Assembly (NCBI GenBank): GCA_963785305.1
Contig: CAWAUV010000008.1
Span: forward strand, 992,001-1,056,000
DNA length: 64,000 nt
Direction: 5' to 3'
Source: an uncultured Planctomycetaceae bacterium
Lineage (GTDB): Bacteria; Planctomycetota; Planctomycetia; Pirellulales; PALSA-1355
Shown here: one piece after another, positions 1-8,898 of the stretch
How positions within the stretch are numbered: position 1 is the stretch's first letter
How the letters are laid out: each line of letters starts with the position of its first letter
The notes under the pieces: generated by a model
Seen by the model: only the letters and a program-made list of their open reading frames with translations
Databases searched by the model: none
What the model was told of the DNA's origin: nothing
Position numbers and translations under genes: made by a program

Positions 1-1
1 C

Positions 2-280
2 CGAGTCCAAAACGGCGCCATCGTCATTCCTCAACGGGCGACGTTCGAGGTTCTCAACAAGCGATATGTGTACGTAATCGACAAGGACAACGTGGCGCAT
101 CAGCGAGAGATCGTCATTCAAAATGAGCTTGAGGACATATTCGTCATCAAGAATGGCATTGGTGTCGAGGACAAGATCGTTCTCGAGGGAATTCGCCAGG
201 TTCGCGATGGCGATACCGTGGAATACGAGGACCGTCAGGCGGCCCAAGTCGCCGCCAATCTGAAATACCACGCGGAATAG
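2..280 (+). CDS. RND efflux periplasmic adaptor (MFP), 3' part
   Basis: Open frame from the window edge (RVQNGAIVIPQRATFEVLNKRYVYVIDK...GIRQVRDGD), a typical MFP C-terminus, lying upstream of an RND permease. Confidence 0.85.
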   Translation, partial: RVQNGAIVIPQRATFEVLNKRYVYVIDKDNVAHQREIVIQNELEDIFVIKNGIGVEDKIVLEGIRQVRDGDTVEYEDRQAAQVAANLKYHAE

Positions 281-589
281 GAACCGGGAGTCGATGATTT
301 CCCGAGGTGCGGGGTGTGCGTGCCCTTTATGGGCGCTCGGTCGCTTCTTTCCCCCGCCAATACATCTCGTTAGGAGCCCCTATCCGACGACCGGGCGCCC
401 CCCGTTGAAATCGCCGGCAAAATCGCTCGCTTCCATCCGTTTTCGGATAGACTTCAAGGGCAGGGCGCGGAGCCCCGCCCGATCACGACCCGAAACGTGA
501 CCGAGGGCTGGGAAGTTATCTAGTTCCGGCGCCATGGCGACCGCGTTTCCGGTAGTGCAATATGGAAATCAAACGGATTTGTTCAAAGT

Positions 590-3500
590 ATGTTCGCACA
601 ATTCCTGCATAGGCCCGCGTTCGCGATCGTCATCTCGGTCATCATTCTGTTCCTCGGTGGCCTATCGATCAAAACCCTGCCGATCTCGCAATTTCCGAAT
701 GTCGCGCCCCCGAGCGTGGTCGTCACGCTTGCCTATCCCGGCGCGAGCGCCAATGTCTTGGTCGACTCGGTGCTCGTGATCTTGGAGCAGGCCATCAATG
801 GCGTGCCGGGCATGCGCTACATGGCCTCCGCCGCCACCAGCGCCGGCGAGGCGACGATCATGATCATCTTCGAGCCCGGCACGGATCCGAACGTGGCGGT
901 CTTGAATGTTCAGAACCGCATTCAAACCGTCAAGCAAAGACTTCCTCCCCTGGTGGAACTGGAGGGGATCATCGTCATGCAGGCCATGACGAGCATGCTG
1001 ATGTACGTGAACATCTACAGCACGGATCCCGGCCACGACCAGAACTTCCTTTACAACTACGCCTATGTCAACATCGTGCCCGAGATCAAGCGGGTCCATG
1101 GCATCGGCAGCGCCATTATTCTCGGCAGCCGCGCCTATGCGATGCGGGTCTGGTTGGATCTCGACCGCATGCGCGCATACAACATAGGCTCCGAGGATAT
1201 CATGAAGGCGGTGGGCGAACAGAGCATGATCGGTTCGCCCGGACGACTCGGCCAAGCGACGGGCGTGAAGTCGCAAACAATCGAATACGTGTTGACCTGG
1301 GTCGGGCGTTACAACAAGCCGGAGCAGTATGAGAACATCATTCTGAAGGCGAATCCCAATGGCGAAATCCTGCGGCTCAAGGATGTCGCCAAAATCGACA
1401 TGGGGCCTTCCTACTACAATATCTACTCGGATATCGACGGCCATCCCTCGGCCGCCATCGTTCTCAAGCAACTTCCCGGCACCAACGCCGCCGTCGTCAT
1501 CGAGGAGGTCAAGCACCGACTCGAGGAGATCAAGGAAGCGTCGTTCCCTCCGGGCATGACCTTCGAAGTCAGCTACGACGTATCCAGCTTTCTCGAGGCC
1601 TCGATCGAGCAGGTGCTCCACACCCTGTTCGAGGCCTTCGTGTTGGTCTCGCTGGTGGTCTTCCTGTTTCTCGGTGATTGGCGCTCGACGTTGATCCCGA
1701 CCCTGGCGGTTCCGGTATCCCTGATCGGAACCTTCTTTTTCCTGCAGTTGTTCGGCCTATCGATCAACCTGATCACGCTCTTCGCGCTGGTGCTGGCGAT
1801 CGGGGTCGTGGTCGACGACGCGATCGTGGTGGTCGAGGCGGTGCATGCCAAGATGCACGAAAAGCACCTCTCGCCCTATCGAGCGACCAAGGAGGTCATT
1901 GGCGAGATCAGCGGCGCCATCATCGCCATCACCCTCGTGATGACCGCGGTCTTCGTGCCGGTGACTTTCATGACCGGGCCGGTCGGCACTTTCTATCGCC
2001 AGTTCGGCATCACGATGGCCACGTCGATCGTTCTCTCCGGCGTCGTCGCCCTGACGCTCACGCCGGTGCTCTGCGCGATGATTCTGAAGCCCCACTCCAG
2101 CCAGCCGAAAAAGCGCGGGCCGTTGGGCATGTTTCTGCATCTTTTCAACCGCGGCGTCGAGAGGGTCACGGGCCATTATGCTTCGTTCGTGCGCCGAGTC
2201 GTGACGCGCCGCGCGCTGACGATGCTCGTCATCACGGGCTTCGCCATCGGCATTTTCCTCGTGAACACGCAGCTTCCGCCGGGCTTTGTCCCGCTCGAGG
2301 ACCAGGGCATGATCTATGGCATCCTCCAGACGCCGCCCGGCTCGACGATCGAGTACACCAACGCCAAGTCGCACGAACTGCAGGAAATCGCCAAAACAAT
2401 CGATGGCGTCAACTCGGTCTCGTCGCTGGCCGGCTACGAGGTTCTGACCGAGGGCCGCGGCTCGAACGCGGGAACGTGTCTGATCAATCTGAAGCCTTGG
2501 TCCCGGCGCAAGATGACCTCGAAGCAGATCATCCAGCGGCTCGAGCACGAAGGCCGCCAGATGTCCAATGTCAAGCTCGAATTCTTCGAGCCGCCCGCGG
2601 TGCCTGGCTTCGGCGCGGCCGGCGGCGTGTCGTTGCGCGTCCTCGACAAGACCAACACGATGGACTACAAGCGGCTCGGGGAAGTGACCGACAAGTTCAT
2701 GAGCGCCTTGACGAAACGCAAGGAAGTTCGAGGCGTGTTCACCTTCTTCGCCAGCAACTATCCACAATATGAACTGGTCATCAACAACGACGTGGCCATG
2801 CAGAAGGGTGTCTCGATCTTCAAGGCGATGGACAACCTATCGACCGTCGTCGGCAGCACGTGGCAGCAAGGCTTCATCCTGTACAACCAGTTCTACAAGG
2901 TATTCGTCCAGGCCAAGCCGGAGTTCCGGCGGTACCCCGAGGATTTCGAGAATATGTTCGTCAAGAACGATCAGGGCGAAATGGTGCCCTATTCGTCGTT
3001 CATGACGCTCAACAAGCGACAGGGCTTGAACGAACTCAATCGCTATAATTTGTATCCTTCCGCCGCCATTCAATGCGACGCGGCGCCCGGCTATAGCACC
3101 GGCGAAGCCATCAACGCGATCAAGGAGGTTGGCGCCGAGACGCTGCCTCGTGGTTTTGCCCTCGGCTGGGAAGGCCTCTCGTATGACGAGGCAAACAAGG
3201 GCAACCTGGCTGTTTACATCTTCGTGATCGTCGTCGTGTTCGTCTATTTGGTGCTGGTCGCGCAATACGAGAGTTTCATTCTGCCGCTGGCGGTAATCAT
3301 GTCGCTGCCGGTCGGAATCTTCGGCTCCTTCCTCTTCCTCCAGGCAATGGGGTTGGCCAACGACGTCTACTGCCAAATCGGCATGGTCATGCTGGTCGGT
3401 CTGCTGGGCAAAAACGCCATTCTAATCGTCGAATTCGCGGTCCAGCGGCGCCACGAGGGCGCGAGCCTCGTCGAGGCCGCCATCGACGGAGGAAAATTGC

Positions 3501-3754
3501 GATTCCGGCCGATTCTGATGACCTCTTTCGCCTTCATCGCCGGTCTAATTCCCTTGGTCCGCGCCACCGGTCCCGGAGCGATCGGAAACCGCACCATCGG
3601 CACCACCGCCGTCGGTGGAATGCTCCTGGGAACCGTGATCGGGGTCTTGGTCATACCGGGCCTTTATTATTTGTTCGGTCGGCTTGATGGCGGTCGCAAA
3701 CTCATCAAGGACGAATCCGAGTCGACTCTCACCGAGTCCATCGTGCATCATTGA
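590..3754 (+). CDS. HAE1-family RND efflux permease (AcrB/MexB-like)
   Basis: 1054 aa; LPISQFPNVAPP, GVVVDDAIVVVE, GLLGKNAILIVEFA and RFRPILMTSFAFI motifs. Confidence 0.95.
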   Translation: MFAQFLHRPAFAIVISVIILFLGGLSIKTLPISQFPNVAPPSVVVTLAYPGASANVLVDSVLVILEQAINGVPGMRYMASAATSAGEATIMIIFEPGTDPNVAVLNVQNRIQTVKQRLPPLVELEGIIVMQAMTSMLMYVNIYSTDPGHDQNFLYNYAYVNIVPEIKRVHGIGSAIILGSRAYAMRVWLDLDRMRAYNIGSEDIMKAVGEQSMIGSPGRLGQATGVKSQTIEYVLTWVGRYNKPEQYENIILKANPNGEILRLKDVAKIDMGPSYYNIYSDIDGHPSAAIVLKQLPGTNAAVVIEEVKHRLEEIKEASFPPGMTFEVSYDVSSFLEASIEQVLHTLFEAFVLVSLVVFLFLGDWRSTLIPTLAVPVSLIGTFFFLQLFGLSINLITLFALVLAIGVVVDDAIVVVEAVHAKMHEKHLSPYRATKEVIGEISGAIIAITLVMTAVFVPVTFMTGPVGTFYRQFGITMATSIVLSGVVALTLTPVLCAMILKPHSSQPKKRGPLGMFLHLFNRGVERVTGHYASFVRRVVTRRALTMLVITGFAIGIFLVNTQLPPGFVPLEDQGMIYGILQTPPGSTIEYTNAKSHELQEIAKTIDGVNSVSSLAGYEVLTEGRGSNAGTCLINLKPWSRRKMTSKQIIQRLEHEGRQMSNVKLEFFEPPAVPGFGAAGGVSLRVLDKTNTMDYKRLGEVTDKFMSALTKRKEVRGVFTFFASNYPQYELVINNDVAMQKGVSIFKAMDNLSTVVGSTWQQGFILYNQFYKVFVQAKPEFRRYPEDFENMFVKNDQGEMVPYSSFMTLNKRQGLNELNRYNLYPSAAIQCDAAPGYSTGEAINAIKEVGAETLPRGFALGWEGLSYDEANKGNLAVYIFVIVVVFVYLVLVAQYESFILPLAVIMSLPVGIFGSFLFLQAMGLANDVYCQIGMVMLVGLLGKNAILIVEFAVQRRHEGASLVEAAIDGGKLRFRPILMTSFAFIAGLIPLVRATGPGAIGNRTIGTTAVGGMLLGTVIGVLVIPGLYYLFGRLDGGRKLIKDESESTLTESIVHH

Positions 3755-4182
3755 CAAGGCCGTGCAATTGCGATGGCGATCGTTCGCCGATCGCTCCTGC
3801 TTTAGCCGCTCCGCGGAACCCCCAACACTTGGAGCCTATCCGACAACTGCTCCCGCTCCCTGTTGGGGAGAGGGCAGGGCGAGGCTCTTCATGGTGGCCA
3901 CGCGGCAGCCCGCTCGGTCGAAATCGTCGTTGCCTCGAACCACGCCCGCTCCGCGCGTTATTCGTTGGCGCGAAACGCCAGGGTGCTAGCGGCGCCAGCC
4001 CCGACAAACTAACCTTAGTCGATACCACGCGCATCGGAGCGAGACAACCTTCGTGACGGCTTATCGTCACGTTATGTTCACGGAAACCAACTCGCCGGCT
4101 GATCGGCTTGGGCTCCGCAGCGCGCGATTCACGAACAACGACTCGAAATAAATCCCCTCGACATTCGCGAAACAGGATCGTG

Positions 4183-4641
4183 ATGAGAGCCGCGCCTGCT
4201 ATCAATCTCTCTGATAGCGACCGCATGCTACTAGAACGCTGGGCACGCGGACGTTCGACGCCGGCGCGCTTGGTGTTGCGATCTAAAATAGTGCTCTTGG
4301 CGGCTTCTGGGTTGCTCAACAAGGAAATCGCCCGGGAGCTTCGCCGCGGCGCGAAGTCCGTATGCCTGTGGCGACGCCGATTTACGCGACAAGGCATTGC
4401 CGGCATCGAGAAGGATGCCCCGCGCGGCGGCAAACGGACCGAAAAGTCCGAGGCTTTAGTTCAGCGGATTATTCACAAGACCCTTCATGAGTCGCCTCCC
4501 CGCCGCTCCCGCTGGACCACGCGTTCGCTAGCGACGGCCTTGGGAACTTCGCCCGCCACGGTGCAGCGCGTGTGGAAAACCCACGGTCTGACGGGCGCCC
4601 GCGGCCGTGGAGCGCCGCTTCTTAAAATCCCATCTAATTGA
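4183..4641 (+). CDS. Helix-turn-helix protein, IS630 transposase N-terminal region only (no DDE domain)
   Basis: LERWAR..TPARLVLRSKIVLLAASG..NKEIA..WRRRF..G..G..KDAPR.G and SRWTTRSLA..TVQRVWKTHGL match the IS630 DNA-binding region; the ORF stops where the catalytic domain would begin. Confidence 0.75.
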   Translation: MRAAPAINLSDSDRMLLERWARGRSTPARLVLRSKIVLLAASGLLNKEIARELRRGAKSVCLWRRRFTRQGIAGIEKDAPRGGKRTEKSEALVQRIIHKTLHESPPRRSRWTTRSLATALGTSPATVQRVWKTHGLTGARGRGAPLLKIPSN

Positions 4642-4946
4642 ATCGCGCTTGCTAGCTGCGGGATTCCGCGAATCGAACACTTCGCAAGTGTTGATTTGTA
4701 ACGGGTGTTCGCGATTTACGATCATCTGGCATAACCGGCCGACGATAAAATCCTTCGTAATCGCGCTCTTGCACGAGCAAGACGCTCGCGAGAGAGCGCC
4801 CCGCCCACGAACGACCTCTTGATCCGACGAAGCCGGGCTGGCTTGGCGCCCAACTTGATTGGGACTCCGCCAAGCTTGTCTTAATCCCGCGCGGACTCGA
4901 ATCGCCGAACCCGCCGACAAGCGTAAGCTCATCAAGGACGACACGG

Positions 4947-6602
4947 ATGATGCCCTTAGTGAGAGTCGAGAACACGAAGCCTAGGAAGATCGCGATCGCG
5001 GTCGCAATAGCGTGCGCCATTTTGTTGGTTCCGCCGGGCTGTGGAATGCCCAAGCTCCGCGAGCCGCCACCGCCGCAAAGCGTGCCGCAAAGTTTCAGTT
5101 GGAGCAACCAGATTTCCGATCAAGCGACCACTTTGGAGAACACGGCCCAGGTCGGGTTCGCGGAGTTTTTCGAAGATCCGCGGCTCGTGAGCTTGATCGA
5201 CCAGGCGCTGATCGGCAACCAGAATCTGAATATCCTCTCTCAGAACATCGCGATCGCCAACAACGAGGTCATGGCGCGGCGCGGAGCGTATCTGCCCTTC
5301 ATCGCGGTGGGCACCAGCGCGTCGTTGAATAAATACAGTTACTACACGCTTCAGGGCGCCGACAATCTGGAAAACACGATTCCGGGCGGCGGCAACTTTC
5401 CCACTCCGCTGCCCGATTTCATGACCGCCGCCAACCTCTCTTGGCAGATCGACATTTGGCGGCAATTGCGCAACGCTCGAGATTCGGCGATGTTCCGCTA
5501 TTTCGGCTCCGTCGATGGGCGGAACTATGTCGTGACCCGTCTGATCGCCGATGTCGCCGAGAATTACTACCACCTGATGGCGCTCGACAAGCGGCTCGAG
5601 AATCTGAACTTCACCATCGCGCTCCAGGAACAAAGTCTCGAGATCGCCAAGGCCCGCAAGGCGGCGGCCCGCGGCACCGAGCTGGCTGTCCAACGTTTCA
5701 CGGCCGAAGTTCGCAAGAACCAGAGCGAAAAACTGATCATCAATCAGGAAATCATCGTCGTCGAAAATCAACTCAACTTCCTCCTCGGCCGCTTCCCGCA
5801 GCCGGTCGAACGCGATTCCGCCCAGTTCTTCGATCTGAACTTGCACACGCTCAGATTGGGAGTGCCCTCGCAGTTGCTTCAGAACCGACCCGATATCCGC
5901 GAAGCGGAGCGCCAGTTGGAGGCCGCCGGGCTCGATGTGCGGGTCGCCCGGGCCAACTTCTATCCCAAGATGTTCATCACGGCCGACGTCGGCTGGGAGG
6001 CATTCAACACAAGGTATCTGTTCGTGACTCCGCAATCGTTGATCTACAGCGTGGCCGGCGATTTGATCGGCCCGCTGATCAACAAGGCCGCGATCCGGGC
6101 CGAATACCTCAGCGCGAACGCTAGGCAAATCCAGGCCGTGTTCAACTACCAGCGCGTGGTCCTGAACGCGTTCATCGAAGTCGTCAATCGCATGGCCATG
6201 GTGGAGAACTACACCAAGAGCGTCGAGATCAAGAAGCGGCAGTTGGCGGCTCTCGAAACCTCGGTCGCGGTGGCCAGTAATCTCTTTCAAAATGCCCGCG
6301 TCGAATACATCGATGTGCTGTTCGCCCAGCGTGATATGCTCGACGCGCGAATGGTTTTGATCGATACCAAGCGGGAACAACTGTTCGCGATCATCAATAC
6401 CTATCAAGCGCTCGGCGGCGGTTTGGCGCCCAATGTCATTCCGCTGCCCGCGCTGCCGGGCGGCCCGGTCATGGAGCCGATGCCGGAGCCCCTGCCCGAC
6501 GCCGCGCCGGCGCCCGCCCCGCTGCCGGCGCCGCTGAAAGCGCCGGAGCCCGCCAAGGCGCCCCAGCCGGCCAACGCGCCGGAGCCGGTGGTGGCGCCTT
6601 AA
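4947..6602 (+). CDS. Outer membrane efflux lipoprotein (NodT/TolC family)
   Basis: Lipobox-like PPGC, LSWQIDIW, PSQLLQNRPDIREAE and YQALGGG; Pro/Ala-rich tail. Confidence 0.92.
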   Translation: MMPLVRVENTKPRKIAIAVAIACAILLVPPGCGMPKLREPPPPQSVPQSFSWSNQISDQATTLENTAQVGFAEFFEDPRLVSLIDQALIGNQNLNILSQNIAIANNEVMARRGAYLPFIAVGTSASLNKYSYYTLQGADNLENTIPGGGNFPTPLPDFMTAANLSWQIDIWRQLRNARDSAMFRYFGSVDGRNYVVTRLIADVAENYYHLMALDKRLENLNFTIALQEQSLEIAKARKAAARGTELAVQRFTAEVRKNQSEKLIINQEIIVVENQLNFLLGRFPQPVERDSAQFFDLNLHTLRLGVPSQLLQNRPDIREAERQLEAAGLDVRVARANFYPKMFITADVGWEAFNTRYLFVTPQSLIYSVAGDLIGPLINKAAIRAEYLSANARQIQAVFNYQRVVLNAFIEVVNRMAMVENYTKSVEIKKRQLAALETSVAVASNLFQNARVEYIDVLFAQRDMLDARMVLIDTKREQLFAIINTYQALGGGLAPNVIPLPALPGGPVMEPMPEPLPDAAPAPAPLPAPLKAPEPAKAPQPANAPEPVVAP

Positions 6603-6678
6603 AAGTCGGCGCTCTTCCATCGCCTTCCAATGCCGCGAGCACTGCTCGGCGAAAAATCGCGTTTTTGGGCAGCGTGTC

Positions 6679-6739
6679 CTCGCTGACGCCTCGGGTTGTG
6701 ATCGGAGGGCGTTCTGTCGTAACCCGAAACGTCAGCGAG
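6679..6739. repeat. REP-like palindromic intergenic repeat
   Basis: CTCGCTGACGCCTCGGGTTGTGAT (6679-6702) is inverted with GTCGTAACCCGAAACGTCAGCGAG (6716-6739), 19/24 matches; related degenerate copies at ~37916-37965 and ~51555-51579. Confidence 0.7.
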
Positions 6740-6908
6740 CGCTTCCGCGATCCGCCCAGCACCATGCGTCTTGGCGCCGGCCGCGCTTATGGAAGAGCCA
6801 AAGCAAGTTCGCCTAAATGCCATCATCCGCTCCGCGATCTTGCCTGTTGTCAACCATTAGAAATGTCCCCATTGGTTAAAGGGTTGAAGGGGTTTTTGGA
6901 AAAGGAAG

Positions 6909-6964
6909 AATTGGCTGCTATCACGGAGGCGAGCGCTAGCGAGCCGGAGTGATAGCAGCCAATT
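6909..6964 (-). terminator. Hairpin/terminator downstream of the transposase, inside the IS
   Basis: Perfect 16-bp inverted repeat AATTGGCTGCTATCAC / GTGATAGCAGCCAATT with a 24-nt loop, followed by a T-rich run on the minus strand. Confidence 0.6.
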
Positions 6965-6981
6965 TTCGCGGCCGGGGGTCG

Positions 6982-8280
6982 TCATCCGGTGGCGACAAGA
7001 TCGGGCTCTTGGAAGGTCGTGGGAGCGCGTTTCCGGCCCCGCCAAGGGTGGTTGGCGGCTGGGCGTTGGCCTTGGCTCGAACCGGTCGGTCCGGTCCGTT
7101 GCGGACGCTTGCGCGCCGCCGGCGGACGAACGTCAGCCGCTGTCCAAGTCCACTCGCGGCCGCCCGAGAAAATCCGCAGCCGCCCATCGGGCTGTTGGCA
7201 CACCTCCACTTTCTGGCCGGGCTGGACGAAAGGCGCCGACTCGGCGGGCAATTGCAAGAAACGGTTTCGCCAACGCATCGTCCAGTCGAACTGCACCGTG
7301 CGCAGTTCGCGCGCCGAGAGAACCCGATCGAGATCCACGCCCGCCGGCAGCGGCCGATGGGCGTCGCTGGGATCAGCCGCCGATCTGCCGAACTGCGTAT
7401 TGAACTCGCCCAGGAACGTCTCTTCCAAGAACGCATTGGCGCTCGTCAGGTCGCTGATTCCGAATCGCCGCAAGGCCTTGACCAGCCGATCTTGCAACGT
7501 GCGGTTGACCCGCTCGACGCGACCTTTGGCCTGGGGGCTGCGGGCCAGGATCAGTTCCACGTCCAGCTCGCGCATGGCCCGGCCGAACTGCGTTTCAGGC
7601 CGCTTTCCGCGGGCCAGCTCCTCCGGCGTCGGCTCGCGATCCGCACGATAAATGCTAGCCTGATCGACGTACAATCCCGCTGGCAAGCCGTGTCGGCGGA
7701 CATAACGGCCAAACGTTTCTTGTGCCGCCTCCAACGTCTCGGCTTCGAAGAACCGGGCGTAAATCGCGCCCGTCGCGTCGTCGATGATGACCATCAGCAC
7801 GGCCCAGCCGCGGCGTCCCTCGAACCAGTCGTGATGCGAGCCGTCCATCTGCTCCAAGTCGCCAAGCCGCGGACGCCGCGGTCGGCGGCGGCGGTGCTTG
7901 GCCCGCCGTCGCTCCCGGGTCCACAGTCCCGCCGCAAGCAACCACCGCCGCAACGAGCCCGCCGAAACCCGCAAGCCGTCTTCGCTCGCCAGGCATTCGG
8001 CCGCCAAGGTCGGCCCGTAGTCCGCGTATTTCTCTCGAAACAGCTCCAACGCCCGCTCCCGTTGCTCGCTCCGCCGGCCACGGTTGCTAGCACGGCCACG
8101 CAGGCCATGCGACAAGCCGGCCGTCCCATCTCGCTGGTAACGAGACCACGACCGCTTGGCCTGGCGATAGCTGATCTTCAACTGCCGCGCCGCCTCGCCC
8201 AAACTCCAACTCTTATCCAGCACGCGACCAAACGCGGCCAAACGCCGCAACTCCTTGACGCTCATCGTCCATGTCTCCAT
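6982..8280 (-). CDS. DDE transposase, ISNCY/IS1202 family
   Basis: N-terminal HTH; QMDGSHHDW, IDDATG, YVDQASIY, SPQAKGRVER; C-terminal PAANHPWR; probable start METWTMS at 8280. Confidence 0.9.
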   Translation of the reverse strand: METWTMSVKELRRLAAFGRVLDKSWSLGEAARQLKISYRQAKRSWSRYQRDGTAGLSHGLRGRASNRGRRSEQRERALELFREKYADYGPTLAAECLASEDGLRVSAGSLRRWLLAAGLWTRERRRAKHRRRRPRRPRLGDLEQMDGSHHDWFEGRRGWAVLMVIIDDATGAIYARFFEAETLEAAQETFGRYVRRHGLPAGLYVDQASIYRADREPTPEELARGKRPETQFGRAMRELDVELILARSPQAKGRVERVNRTLQDRLVKALRRFGISDLTSANAFLEETFLGEFNTQFGRSAADPSDAHRPLPAGVDLDRVLSARELRTVQFDWTMRWRNRFLQLPAESAPFVQPGQKVEVCQQPDGRLRIFSGGREWTWTAADVRPPAARKRPQRTGPTGSSQGQRPAANHPWRGRKRAPTTFQEPDLVATG

Positions 8281-8318
8281 CGCCGCCTCCTTTCGAGGCC
8301 GCGACAATGGGGACATTT

Positions 8319-8687
8319 CTAATGAACGCCTATGGGGACATTTCTATTGGCGCATGACACGCGCGGGCCGCCGGTCGTGGGTGATTGGCGTATGGGGGCT
8401 GATTTCACGCCGGCCGTTAGCGGTGGTGGGGAGCGGTCATTGCGGGGGATGTTCGAACGGTTTGCCGAGCCATCGGCTTGCGCCCAAAAGCAACCCGCGA
8501 GAATTCCGCCGATGATTACTTCATTTGGCGTCAAGTCGATGCAACCACCGTGGCCAACCGTCGAGTCGATGATGACCGTCGCAATGATATAGGCAACGCA
8601 GGCGAGAAAGAGCAATCGCGTCATTCGGGCGGTTGCTCGCCGAACGGCCAAAAGAACTCGCGAAGGCAAGGAAATGGACGCCATCAA
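8319..8687 (-). CDS. Small two-TM hypothetical protein, 3' end runs into the IS
   Basis: Two hydrophobic segments (LLFLACVAYIIATVII; VIIGGILAGCFW); the last codons derive from the IS terminus. Confidence 0.35.
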   Translation of the reverse strand: MMASISLPSRVLLAVRRATARMTRLLFLACVAYIIATVIIDSTVGHGGCIDLTPNEVIIGGILAGCFWAQADGSANRSNIPRNDRSPPPLTAGVKSAPIRQSPTTGGPRVSCANRNVPIGVH

Positions 8688-8898
8688 GGCATCATAACGA
8701 GCGGCGGGGCGCCGGGCGAGGGCGAGCCGCGGCCGCTTACTCGACCCGCGGGGCCAAATGGTCTACGATGGGATGAACGCGAGCGAATCCCGTCGGGCAT
8801 CAAGCCGCGGCCAAGGTCGAAGCGGCGGGGCCGCGATCATCTCCGATTGTCCCAGAGGGACCGTTCCACCCATGCACCAATTCCCGCGGAGCAGCGAA

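Larger units (their letters stand above)
6845..8359 (-). mobile_element. IS1202/ISNCY-like insertion sequence (~1515 bp)
   Basis: Ends are TGTTGTCAACCATTAGAAATGTCCCCAT (6845) and, in reverse complement, TGTCATGCGCCAATAGAAATGTCCCCAT (8359); a second internal TAGAAATGTCCCCAT copy lies at ~8307-8321; encloses a DDE transposase. Confidence 0.88.

Noticed and set aside
4052..4082. TTATGTTCAC resembling a XerD arm next to a CGTGACG/CGTCACG palindrome
   Set aside because: No acceptable XerC arm; more likely an operator or chance.
6806..6833. Possible dif/xrs site near the IS end (AGTTCGCCTAA-N6-TCATCCGCTCC), since some IS1202 members target Xer sites
   Set aside because: The XerD arm does not match and the distance to the IS is not the expected 5-6 bp.
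8360..8470. Possible integron attC site (GTTAGC/GCTAAC) beside the small TM gene
   Set aside because: No complementary partner box, no extended hairpin and no integrase.
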